Assembly: GCA_944391115.1 (NCBI GenBank)
Contig: CALXSJ010000012.1
Span: forward strand, 41,630-105,629
Length of the DNA stretch: 64,000 nucleotides
Direction: 5' to 3'
DNA from: an uncultured Victivallales bacterium
GTDB lineage: Bacteria > Verrucomicrobiota > Lentisphaeria > Victivallales > UBA1829
The notes under the pieces are model-generated. The model searched no databases, had not been told where the DNA came from, and was given only the letters and a program-made list of their open reading frames with translations. This document shows, piece after piece, positions 9,110-18,700 of the stretch (positions are counted from its first letter, which is position 1; every line of letters begins with the position of its first letter). The position numbers and the translations under genes were made by a program.

Positions 9110-9631
9110 ATGCGTCATCTTAGGAAAGTAGCGAAACTCGGCCGCAACTGCGGCCATAGAAAGGCCATGCTTGTCAATATGGCATGCAGCCTGATTGAGC
9201 ACGAGCAGATCGAAACCACCGTGAACCGCGCAAAAGAGGTCCGCCGGCTTGTCGATCGTCTCGTCACATACGGGAAAAAAGGCGGCGAGCACAACCGCCG
9301 TCTGGCTATTGCCAGAATCAAGGACAACACCCCGTCCGACAAGGCCCAGACGAAGAAGGATGTGATTGCGAAGCTTTTCGGCGATCTTGCAGCCCGCTTC
9401 GCCGAGAGAAACGGCGGATACACAAGAATCATCCGTACCGGCAAGCGCATCGGCGATGCCGCAGACGCCTGCATTCTTCAGTTTGTGGAAGCCGGCGCTC
9501 CCGCTTCGAAGAAAAAAGCCGCCGCTCCTGCCGTGGAGACAGCCAAAGCGGATGAGACGCTCAAGGCCGAGCCTGCCGCTGAAACCGCCGCTCCCGCTGA
9601 GGAAGCAAAAACGGAAGAAGCCAAGGCATAA
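9110..9631 (+). CDS. rplQ: 50S ribosomal protein L17 (with Ala/Glu/Lys-rich C-terminal tail)
   Basis: MRHLRKVAKLGRNCGHRKAMLVNMACSLIEHEQIETT...GGYTRIIRTGKRIGDAADACILQFVE, followed by a low-complexity tail of about 45 aa. Confidence 0.95.
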   Translation: MRHLRKVAKLGRNCGHRKAMLVNMACSLIEHEQIETTVNRAKEVRRLVDRLVTYGKKGGEHNRRLAIARIKDNTPSDKAQTKKDVIAKLFGDLAARFAERNGGYTRIIRTGKRIGDAADACILQFVEAGAPASKKKAAAPAVETAKADETLKAEPAAETAAPAEEAKTEEAKA

Positions 9632-9652
9632 GTTTTTTCAGACTTCTGCAAG

Positions 9653-9685
9653 CCCCTGTCATGAACATCATGACGGGGGTTTTTT
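9653..9685 (+). terminator. intrinsic terminator of the r-protein/rpoA operon
   Basis: 11-bp stem cccctgtcatg/catgacggggg (one G-U pair), 5-nt loop, then T6. It begins 22 nt after the rplQ stop. Confidence 0.8.
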
Positions 9686-9780
9686 ATGTACGGGGGAATC
9701 TTCAAGGGTGCGGGACTGCGTTTTTCTCCAGCGGCCTGCGGGAAGACGCAAGGAGCCATAGCGGGGCCGTGGGAGCGTCC

Positions 9781-10542
9781 TTATTTTTGTATTTCCGCAT
9801 TTTCCCCGAGTGCGAGACGCACTTCTTCTTTTGTCAGATGACGCCATTTTCCGGGCGGCAGTCCGCCGAGGCGCAGTCCGCCGACGGCTATCCGCTTCAG
9901 ACGGCGGGTCTCCCGTCCGCTGGCTTCCAGCATCCGCCGCACTTCGCGGTTTTTCCCCTCGTGGAGCATGAATTTGTATTTCCCCGGCGCAATATGCTCG
10001 ACGCATTCGGCTTTCAGAATATCGCCGCCGCTGCGGACTCCCTCGTGCGTCAGGCGCCGGATTGCTTCCGGTGAGAGGTCACCGTCCGTGCTGACAAGGT
10101 AGATTTTGCGCACCTCGTAGCGGGGATGGGTCATTCTGGCGATGAAGGAGCCGTCGTTCGAGAACAGAAGCAGTCCCTCGCTGTCCTTGTCCAGGCGTCC
10201 CGCGGAGACGATCCGGATCTCCCGGGAGAGCGGGATCAGATCGACCGCCTTCTTTTTTGCATGCGGGTCCTCCATCGTGCAGACATAGCCGCGCGGTTTG
10301 TGGAGCATGATGTAAACGTAATCCCGGACAGGGGAGACGAGCTTTCCGCGCACGGTTACGCGGTCCTTCTGCGTGACGCGTTCTCCCGGGTTCCGCGCGG
10401 GAATCCCGTTGACGGAGACAATTCCGGCTTCGACCAGTTCCGCCGCACCGCGCCGGGAACAGACGCCGGATGCGCTCAGGTATTTGCTGAGATTCATCGA
10501 TCCGTCATTTGAGGATTGCGTTTCCATGGGAGCCCTTTTCAT
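9781..10542 (-). CDS. pseudouridine synthase, RsuA/RluB family (S4 domain + catalytic domain)
   Basis: S4-like LSKYLSASGVCSRRGAAELVEAGIVSVNG and catalytic GRLDKDSEGLLLFSNDG. Alternative in-frame ATGs lie at 10527 and 10497. Confidence 0.85.
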   Translation of the reverse strand: MKRAPMETQSSNDGSMNLSKYLSASGVCSRRGAAELVEAGIVSVNGIPARNPGERVTQKDRVTVRGKLVSPVRDYVYIMLHKPRGYVCTMEDPHAKKKAVDLIPLSREIRIVSAGRLDKDSEGLLLFSNDGSFIARMTHPRYEVRKIYLVSTDGDLSPEAIRRLTHEGVRSGGDILKAECVEHIAPGKYKFMLHEGKNREVRRMLEASGRETRRLKRIAVGGLRLGGLPPGKWRHLTKEEVRLALGENAEIQK

Positions 10543-10664
10543 GCTGCGTTGAGAAAACAGAGGATTTTAGCATGTTTTGAGCGGAAATCAAGCCCGTCTT
10601 CATTGAATGCCGGAAAAAACGGAGTATATTATACGCTTCAATTTTTGCGGAGACCGATGCAGCG

Positions 10665-11591
10665 ATGAATATGGATATGGTGACGAAGGTGATTCTGGCG
10701 ATTCTGGAAACCTTCATTTTTTTCGGATTCGGAGCCTGGGCGTATCGTTTAAAAATGATCGAGGACAGTGATCTCGGAAAACTCGGACGGCTTTCGATCG
10801 ACATGCTTCTGCCGTTTCTGACTTTTTCCAGCGTCGTCCGGAATTTTACCGCGAAAGACCTTGCGGCGATCTGGCAGCTTCCTCTGCTCGGACTGGGGAT
10901 CATGGCCTTTGGCGCGCTCTGCGGTTATGTGCTGGTCTACGGACTTCATGACAAATCGCCGCGCCGGAACGGGACGTTTCTGCATCTTGCCATCGCGAAC
11001 AACTATGTGTTTCTGCCGCTGGTGATCCTCGGAAACCTTTTCGGCGCCCGGGCCGTCGCGGCGCTGATGCTCCTGACAGTGGGATCGACCGTCGGTTTCT
11101 GGACATTCGGCGTGGGAGTGCTTGCCGGGCGCGACTTCAAGCGTGTCATCCGCAACGTCTGCTCGACGAACATGGCGGCGGTCGTTCTGGCTCTGCTCTG
11201 CGTGTTCACCGGATTTCAGGTGCCAGCCTTCGGGATGAATATTTTCGAAAAGCTCGGCGCGCTGTCGGTGCCGCTCTCGCTCCTGCTGATCGGCGCGTCG
11301 ATGTACAAGACCGGCATCCGGATGCTGACCCACCGTTTCGACGCACTCTACACGCTTGTAACGCGCCTGATTATTCTGCCGTTCCTCACGGTGATGCTGC
11401 TGCGGCTCCTGCCGCTGGAACCTCTGGTCTATCATGTGGCGCTGATCGTTTCGCTGATGCCGGCGTCCTGCACTTCGGTGCTGATCGTCCGGAAATACGG
11501 AGGGTGCCCCGATTTCGCCGGGCAGTCCGTATTCTTTTCCACGGTGGCCTGCATCGTGACGGTTCCCCTTTTTCTCTGTTTTCTGATGTGA
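10665..11591 (+). CDS. AEC-family (auxin efflux carrier-like) membrane transporter
   Basis: 308 aa with about 10 hydrophobic segments. The size and N-terminal pattern are typical of AEC permeases. Confidence 0.7.
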   Translation: MNMDMVTKVILAILETFIFFGFGAWAYRLKMIEDSDLGKLGRLSIDMLLPFLTFSSVVRNFTAKDLAAIWQLPLLGLGIMAFGALCGYVLVYGLHDKSPRRNGTFLHLAIANNYVFLPLVILGNLFGARAVAALMLLTVGSTVGFWTFGVGVLAGRDFKRVIRNVCSTNMAAVVLALLCVFTGFQVPAFGMNIFEKLGALSVPLSLLLIGASMYKTGIRMLTHRFDALYTLVTRLIILPFLTVMLLRLLPLEPLVYHVALIVSLMPASCTSVLIVRKYGGCPDFAGQSVFFSTVACIVTVPLFLCFLM

Positions 11592-11653
11592 AGCGGGTTG
11601 CATCCTGAATCCGCATGGGTTATAGTGACATAAAAAACAAGGAGGAAAGCGCA

Positions 11654-12631
11654 ATGAAGCATATTTTCATCGCCGGCGGCGCCGGTTACATTGGAAGCGC
11701 ATGCACCGAGTACATGCTCAACAAGGGCTATCAGGTCACTGTCTTCGACTCGCTCGTGACAGGACATGAAAAGGCGATCGACAAACGCGCCTCCTTCATC
11801 CGGGGCGATCTTGCCGACCGTGAGAAACTGCTGGAAATCTTCCGGAACGGAAATTATGACGCCGTGATGCACTTTGCCGCGTTTTCCCTGGTCGGCGAAT
11901 CCATGAAGGATCCCGGCAAATACTTCCGCAACAATCTCGCCAATGCGATCAATCTCGCGGACGCCGCCGTCGAAGGCAAGGTGCAGGCCTTTGTTTTTTC
12001 CAGCACCGCCGCGACTTTCGGCGAACCCAAGGAGATTCCGATTGCGGAAACGGCCGAACAGCTTCCGATCAATCCCTACGGGGAGTCCAAACTCTGTTTT
12101 GAGAAGGTCCTGAAGTGGTACAGCAGAATCTACGGACTCAAATATGTGGCGCTCCGCTATTTCAACGCGGCGGGCGCGACGGAGAACTTCGGAGAGGATC
12201 ATCATCCGGAATCCCATCTGATCCCGATTCTGCTCCAGGTCGCGCAGGGAAAACGCGAAAAAGCCATGATCTTCGGCGACGACTACGACACGCCGGACGG
12301 AACGTGCATCCGCGACTACATTCATATCCTCGACCTTGCGCAGGCGCATGAAAAAGCGCTCTACGCCCCGAGAAGCGGACACTACAACCTCGGCACCGGC
12401 GCCGGCCTGAGCGTGAAGGAGATTCTCGACACCGCGCGCAAAGTGACGGGCCATCCGATTCCGGCGGACGTGGTCCCGCGCCGTCCCGGCGATCCGCCGC
12501 GCCTGATCGCATGCTCCGATCTCGCCAAGAAAGAGCTCGGCTGGAAGCCCGAATATGAAAACGCCGGCGCGATCATCGAATCCGTCTGGAAGTGGCTTCA
12601 GAAACACCCGGACGGATACGGGGACAGATAA
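11654..12631 (+). CDS. galE: UDP-glucose 4-epimerase
   Basis: MKHIFIAGGAGYIGS (GxxGxxG), PYGESK (YxxxK), DGTCIRDYIHILDLAQAH. AAGGAGGA SD at 11638-11645, so ATG 11654 is preferred over the ORF-track start at 11615. Confidence 0.9.
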   Translation: MKHIFIAGGAGYIGSACTEYMLNKGYQVTVFDSLVTGHEKAIDKRASFIRGDLADREKLLEIFRNGNYDAVMHFAAFSLVGESMKDPGKYFRNNLANAINLADAAVEGKVQAFVFSSTAATFGEPKEIPIAETAEQLPINPYGESKLCFEKVLKWYSRIYGLKYVALRYFNAAGATENFGEDHHPESHLIPILLQVAQGKREKAMIFGDDYDTPDGTCIRDYIHILDLAQAHEKALYAPRSGHYNLGTGAGLSVKEILDTARKVTGHPIPADVVPRRPGDPPRLIACSDLAKKELGWKPEYENAGAIIESVWKWLQKHPDGYGDR

Positions 12632-12634
12632 GGC

Positions 12635-13186
12635 ATGGCTTCCGCGTGGCATGCCATGGGGCCGTTCACGGTGTTCGACGTCGAAACCACCGGGATGAGC
12701 CCCGTCCGCGACAGGATTGTCGAAATCGGCGCGGTGCGTGTCGACCGCGACGGCGTCTGGACGCGCTTTGAAACGCTGGTCAATCCCGGCATGCCGATTC
12801 CGTATCAGGTGACACGCGTGCACGGCATCGACGACCGCATGGTGGCGGATGCGCCGTCTTTTTCGGACGCCGCCTACCGTTTCCTTGATTTTGCACGAGG
12901 ATCAAAGCTGGTCGCGCACAACGCACGGTTTGATTTGAGTTTTCTTCAGGAGAGTCTGGCGCGCGTCGGACTTCCGCTCTGGAAGACAGGCGCATATGAC
13001 AGCATTGTCCTGATCCGCAAGGCCTATCCGGGACTTTCCAGTTACAGTTTGCAGTTCCTGCGTCAGGCGCTCGGGCTCGGTCAGGAGATCGACGAGGCGC
13101 GGCCGCACCGCGCCGGATATGACGCGGAACTCACGATGGAGGCGTTTTCGATGGCGATGAAAACGCTTCACGCCCGCTCGGAGTAG
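12635..13186 (+). CDS. DnaQ-like 3'-5' exonuclease (DNA polymerase III epsilon family)
   Basis: Exo motifs FDVETTG, HNARFDLSFL and HRAGYDAE. It starts 3 nt after the galE stop. Confidence 0.8.
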   Translation: MASAWHAMGPFTVFDVETTGMSPVRDRIVEIGAVRVDRDGVWTRFETLVNPGMPIPYQVTRVHGIDDRMVADAPSFSDAAYRFLDFARGSKLVAHNARFDLSFLQESLARVGLPLWKTGAYDSIVLIRKAYPGLSSYSLQFLRQALGLGQEIDEARPHRAGYDAELTMEAFSMAMKTLHARSE

Positions 13187-13899
13187 CATTGCCGCAGAAG
13201 TCCCGCCAGTTCTTCCGTCGGCAGGAAAGGAACCGCGGGAACATGTTCCCGCAGAAGCTGATGCCCGGCGCTCTCCTTCGCCGCATGGAACAGGCAGACC
13301 GAGGGATGCAGTTCAAGGATTGAGGGAGAGACTTTTCCGCTCAGTTCAAGAACGGCGGCGATTCCGATGCGGTCGCAGAGCGTCAGGATTTCTTCGAGCG
13401 CATTCTGCGTATCGCGCAGCACCGTGAAATTGAATCCTTCGGCACGGCAGAGTTTTTCCAGTTCGTTTTCCTCCGGCACGGCGGTGAATTCATAGCGGCG
13501 GAATTGCGTTTCACTTCCGTTGAGAATCAGTTTCCTTTCGTCCGTCCACTCGGGAAAACGGATGCCGACGACTTTGTTGATGAGGTAGTATGCCTGTCCG
13601 TTCTTATGGAAAATCAGGCTCATTTCATAGAGCGAAGGCCGTCCGGCGGTATGGATGTGCCAGAGGTTCGGATTCCCGATCCTCGCTTTTTCGCGGAGGG
13701 GAACGCGGTTGCGTCCGGGGGCAATGACGACGCGGGCGGATTCAATCAGTTCCATTCCATCGATCCGGAACGAGACGATGAGCGTGGCGGGTTTTTCCGC
13801 GTCAATCTCGATGCACGGGGTGATCTCGACGAGTTTTCCGCCGTTGAGGCGTCTGATGTCCAGAGAAAAATCGATCCGTTCGAAAATTTCGTCTTCCAT
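13168..13899 (-). CDS. GH2-like internal fragment (Ig-like domain + start of TIM barrel); probable gene remnant
   Basis: NPNLWH...PSLYEMSL...VGIRF...LILNG...AEGFNFTVLR...LCDRIGIAAVLEL follows the beta-mannosidase/beta-galactosidase (GH2) domain-2 to barrel junction. The N-terminal sugar-binding domain and the catalytic strands are absent. Start taken at MEDEIF (complement of 13897-13899). The ORF-track extension to 14259 overlaps rnpB. Confidence 0.5.
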   Translation of the reverse strand: MEDEIFERIDFSLDIRRLNGGKLVEITPCIEIDAEKPATLIVSFRIDGMELIESARVVIAPGRNRVPLREKARIGNPNLWHIHTAGRPSLYEMSLIFHKNGQAYYLINKVVGIRFPEWTDERKLILNGSETQFRRYEFTAVPEENELEKLCRAEGFNFTVLRDTQNALEEILTLCDRIGIAAVLELSGKVSPSILELHPSVCLFHAAKESAGHQLLREHVPAVPFLPTEELAGLLRQCYSERA

Positions 13900-14020
13900 T
13901 GCTGTTTTCCGCTTCCGTGTTCCGTTTGCGCATCCGCTGTTTCCGGGGTAAGATAACGCACAAAACGGGAAAAACAATCCCGGAAGACTGGATTTTCCGC
14001 GAAATGGGCGTATATTGACG

Positions 14021-14377
14021 CCGGAGACGGCGGCAGGCGGCCGCCGGTCCTGTCGGGCCGGAGGAAAGTCCGGACTCCACAGAGCGGGGAGTCCCCTGCA
14101 CAAGGGGATGCCGGGGACGATATGCCCCGGAAAGGAAAGCGCAACAGAAAGCATACCGCCGGATGCGAATCCGGCAAGGGTGAAATGGCGGGGCAAGAGC
14201 CCGCCGGGAGCGGAAGCAATTCCCTCCGTCAAGGCAAGCCCCTCCCGGAGCAAGACCAAATAGGGGATGAGCCGTTGCTCGCGGCGTTTGAATCCCGGGT
14301 TCTGGTCGCATAGACAGATGGTCGCCGCCTCTTTTTCGGAAGAGGAACAGAATCCGGCTTACCGCCGCCGTCTCCGT
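14021..14377 (+). ncRNA. rnpB: RNase P RNA, bacterial type A
   Basis: GGAGGAAAGTCCGGACTCCACAGAGC (P4 5' strand), GGGTGAAATGGCGGGGCAAGAGCCCGCC, GCAAGACCAAATAGGGG and ACAGAATCCGGCTTAC (P4 3' strand). P1 pairing is GGAGACGGCGGC (14023-14034) with GCCGCCGTCTCC (14364-14375). TATATT lies at 14011-16 just upstream and a T8 run follows. Confidence 0.95.
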
Positions 14378-14509
14378 TTTTTTTGAGCGCATGCCCTTAC
14401 GGAAAAGGGAAGGCTTTGAACACTGTTTTGACGCAGTGGAACCCGCATTTCCGCGGAATGCGGACCTTTGCGGAACGCGCGGACTGCCGGGACCTCGGAC
14501 TGTTCGGAC

Positions 14510-14540
14510 AAAAAAATCCGGCAGAACAGCGTTTGCCGGA
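14510..14540 (-). terminator. intrinsic terminator downstream of the 14656-22059 operon
   Basis: On the minus strand: stem tccggca/tgccgga, 10-nt loop, then T7. It lies about 115 nt after the stop at 14656. Confidence 0.7.
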
Positions 14541-14655
14541 TAGGGGTGCGGCGGAGCCTGCATGACTGCACCTGCGCCGCACACATGGAAAAAGGATCCT
14601 GGAATTTGCATCCCGCAGCCCGCCTGATGGAATGGAGGCTGCCGGAATCTCTTTT

Positions 14656-15711
14656 TTACTGGAATTCGGAGAGTTTCTTTACGCCGATCTGGCTGTTCAG
14701 CTTCCGGAGCTGCTCCAGAAGTTCCGCGCAGCGGACCGCGTCCTCCTTCTGGCGCGCAGTTTTATATTCCTCCATGATTTTGGAGAATTCCGCTTTCTTT
14801 GCGCTGTCCGCCGCCGTGATTTTTTCAAGGGAACGGGCAAGCGCATCAAATTCCGTATGGTCCAGTTTCGGATTCCAGTCGAGGCTCTTCAACGTGTTGA
14901 AGACGGAGGCCGCCTGTTCCGAGAGGAAACGCGGCACGGCTTTGGAGGCCGGTTCGTTCAGGAAGGAGCCGAAGGCGAAAAGGATTTCCTTTGTTTCCGG
15001 TTTTCCCATCAGATAAACCCCTTTCGCGGCATGAAATCCGGCTTTCTGGATTTTATCGCTTTCATAGACCAGCAGATTGCCGAATTCTTCGAGATCAGCC
15101 CGGTTGTAGAAGGCGAACGCATTTCCTTCCGGCAGAATGTCGGGAACGATTCCGCGGAGCAGATAATCCTTGCTGCGGCTTGCCAGATGGCGTTCCCCGC
15201 CTTTTTTCAGCCACGGGGTTCCCGGCATGGCGTTGAAGACGAAATCATATTTTGTCATGTCCAGATTGAGGAACTCCAGTTTCGCGAAGACCCAGTCCGG
15301 CATGTCTTTTTTATGAAGAAAGCGGAGTTTGAGTTTTCCGGAGTCCGGAAGAGCCCATTCGAATTCGGCGATGATGCCGCCCGCATAGGGGGCATAGGTG
15401 ACTTTCGCCGGAATTCTGCTGAGCAGATTCTGATATTTGTTTTTTTCATAGAAGCGGAAAAAGAGCCAGCGGTCCCATCCGCCGTTGCGTCCGTGTTCGC
15501 CGAATGTCGCTCCGAACGAGGTGTTGGAGGTTGTGCCGTCCGGTTTTTTCGTGACGCTGTAGATCAGTTTCCCGCTGACCATCGGAAGATCATAGGTGGT
15601 CACCTTGAATTTTCCGTTCTTGTTTTCCACGTCTTTTTCCGTCACTTTCATGGCGCCGGAAAGCGCCGCCGCGGAGAGCAGCAGGCAGACGATCATGGAT
15701 GTTTTTTTCAT
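14656..15711 (-). CDS. exported protein of unknown function (last gene of cassette 2)
   Basis: 351 aa. Signal peptide MKKTSMIVCLLLSAAALSGA. Charged helical C-terminal tail. I recognise no family. 23-nt gap to the upstream gene. Confidence 0.75.
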   Translation of the reverse strand: MKKTSMIVCLLLSAAALSGAMKVTEKDVENKNGKFKVTTYDLPMVSGKLIYSVTKKPDGTTSNTSFGATFGEHGRNGGWDRWLFFRFYEKNKYQNLLSRIPAKVTYAPYAGGIIAEFEWALPDSGKLKLRFLHKKDMPDWVFAKLEFLNLDMTKYDFVFNAMPGTPWLKKGGERHLASRSKDYLLRGIVPDILPEGNAFAFYNRADLEEFGNLLVYESDKIQKAGFHAAKGVYLMGKPETKEILFAFGSFLNEPASKAVPRFLSEQAASVFNTLKSLDWNPKLDHTEFDALARSLEKITAADSAKKAEFSKIMEEYKTARQKEDAVRCAELLEQLRKLNSQIGVKKLSEFQ

Positions 15712-15734
15712 TTGCGATCTCCTTTTTGTCGTTT

Positions 15735-18700
15735 TTATGGTTCAAGATTGATGGTGTGTTTCCGCATGGAGCCGGTCAGAATGTCCGTGACGAGAAATTC
15801 ATATTTCCCGGCCGGGTCGCTGAGGGCGAAACGGAAGACGCACTTCGGTCCTTCCGCCGTGTCAAGGACCATGCCGCGGTTCCGCATCGCCTTTCCGTCC
15901 GGAGCGGAGACCGCAAGGTGAATGATCCGGTTTCCCGGCATGGAACTGAAATCGAAGCGGACAGCCGCGCCGGGTTTTGCGGAATCCGGCGCATGAAAGC
16001 GGAGTGGCGGCTGTTTTTCGTCGAAGGCGGCAAAAAGCTCCAGCGGCGAAGCGCTGAAATCCGGCACGATTTCGGCGCTCCTGCCGAGATAGCCTTTCCC
16101 GCAGCGGTAGATGTGTTTGGGGGAGGGGAGGCGGATACGGCCTTTGCTGCCCGGCGCGACGAAACGGTTGGCGACATGCGCGCCGATCAGGCGGAAGCCT
16201 TTGCCCGTCCGGATGCGCGCCATTCCATTGGAATCCGGGAGCGAGACGTCATACTCCGCGGAAACGCCCGCTCCTTTCAGCAGAGCAAGCAGAAACGCGT
16301 CGAACGGGGTTGCGTCTTCCGCCGTGACCTCAGCCATGGGGAGCGTGAAGTTCAGCAGAACGGCGCGTCCTTTTCCGCAGGTCCGGACCGTGCAGAATTC
16401 CGCACCCGGATTTGAGAGGGCTTTTTCCGCCCGGAAGTTCAGCATTTTCCCGTTCCACTTCCGCGTCACGGAGACACGCCGGACTTCCGGCGTTTTCAGA
16501 GTTGCGAGCGTCAGATCGCCGAAGAGTTCCGCAAGGGGATTTTTCCGGTTGACGCTGAAGCAGCTGTTCAGAAGCGCGCAGTTCATATCGGCGATCAGGG
16601 TTCCGCCGTTCCGGACGAAGCGGATCAGCGCCTGCGCCGTTTTGTCGCCGAGGACGGAGGTCCCCGCGAGGAAGAGCGTCCGGATGGAGCCGTTTTCAAG
16701 CCGTTCCATGGTCCGTTCGGAGACCATGTCGAAGTTGATTCCGCGCCGGTAAAGGAAGCGGACCAGCGGGGAAAGACTGTCCACCGGGGAGATCATGCGC
16801 TTGTCCAGTTCCGCCGCGCGTTTGGACGGATGACTCCAGAACAGCGCGAGTCCGGAGGAAAGCAGCGGCGTTTTGACCAGCAGTTCGCCTGTCCCGAAAC
16901 GCATCCGGTTCAGTTCCGCAATGAAGCCCGCGGGATAGGAGGGCGTGTTGTCCACTCCCAGGATGCACATGGTGGAATACTCGTCCACCTCATACCATCC
17001 CATGCCGTTGATTACGCCGCTGAGAAGATCCTGCAGAAGCAGGGGATATTTCCCCGCGCCGCGCTCGTTGTGGTATCCGTACCATACGGTCCGGAGACGT
17101 TCTCCGCCGAAACAGCGCATGGCCTCGCTGTCGAGCAGGTTGCGGTAGGGACCCCAGTATTCCATATCCCGGATCGTCAGTTCGATGTCGCCGGGCATTG
17201 AGCCTTCGGAGCCGACTTTCGCGCCGGGATCGATCCGCCGGATCTCCTCCGCGCAGAAATGATGGATGTCCGCATACATTTTTTCCATGTATTCCTGATG
17301 ATCGTTCCAGGCCGCCCAGTTTCCGGCTTTTCTCGCTTCCTCGAGCGTCGGGTGCGGCACCGCGGAGAAATCCGCAAAGGCGCTTTTCCATTCCCGGTTG
17401 AGAGCGTCGATCGTGCGGTATTTTTCCTTCAGGAACTCGCGGAAGTAGATTGCGTCGGAAGGGCCGAATCCGGCGTTGACGTTGTAATTGTTCTCATCGC
17501 CGAGCGAATAGACCGGAATCCCGTAGGGGGGTGTGTTTTTGATCCGGTGACGGATGGCGCCGCGCCAGATCTCCCGGACCTCGGGGCGGTAGAAGCAGGC
17601 GTCGCCGTCGACTTCCTTCGCCTTCTTCTTCAGCTCCGGCGGCAGGAAGTAGTTGTGGAAGAAGCGCAGGCCGCCCGTCTTGTTGTCGCGGACGAGCGCG
17701 ATGCTCAGCATGTAAGGGATCAGACGCTGATTCAGAAAGGCCGCCTCTCTTGCCGTGCCGGAGGAGAATTGTGTCAGACATGCGTTGAGCCCGAAGGTTT
17801 CGCTCAGCTGCATGGAGCCGGAAACGGAGCGGTTCAAACCCCATCCGTAGGCAAAATAAGGCGGGATGTCGCGGTTCGGGAAAAAGAGTTCGCAGTGGCG
17901 GCGTTCCGAAACTTTGCCGGCGGCGTCCTTCAGTTCCGCATAGAGGGTTCCCGCGATGGTTGGAATGAAGCGGTCGCTCCATGTGAACTCCTGCAGTCTG
18001 GCTCCCCGCGTCCAGGGAATTTTCTTTTCCGCCCAGACGCGTCCGTAAGGATGGTCGGCGAGGAGAAGGCGGAGTTCCGCCCCGTCTGCCGGAGCTTTCC
18101 CGAGCGAGAGACTCCCGCGGATGGATTCGTTTTTTCCGATGAACGCGTTCTGCACGCGCAGAGCCGCCCCTCCATGGCGCGAGGAGATTTTGAAGGCTCC
18201 GATGCCGAAATCGAGAGTTTCGCCGTTCTTCATGACGAAAACGTCGGCGTAATAGTCGCCTGCGGGCAGATCGGGAATTTCCGCCGTGTAAACGCCGTCC
18301 TTCCGCGCTTCCCGCTCTGCGGTCACATGGTTGAAGCCGTCCCGGATCCGGATTTTCACTGCCGCGCCCCGGTCGTCTCCCGCGAGTTTAACCTTGATCC
18401 CGCCGTTTTCCTCCGCGATGGACGCGATGGCGCATCCGTTGTCCCTGCCTGCGGCCCAGATCATGCTTTGCAGCAGAAATGCCTGACGGTTCTCATAGGC
18501 GGCATTGCGCAGCGCCCCTTCGGGGAGCGGCTTCACCTTGAACTGGAGCAGACGGCCTTTCCCGAACTGATACGCGGACAGTTCGTTTGGCTGGAGTGTG
18601 GCGGGAAAGCGTCCGGCAAAGGGATTTTTCCGCCGGTCCGCGATGACTTTGCGGTAGCGGATCGGCATCAGGCAGTCATAGACAAGCCCGGTTCCGTTGC

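Noticed and set aside
13900-14259. N-terminal 120 codons of ORF 13168-14259
   Set aside because: This stretch overlaps the RNase P RNA gene and its promoter on the opposite strand and has no GH2 similarity. The start was moved to 13899.
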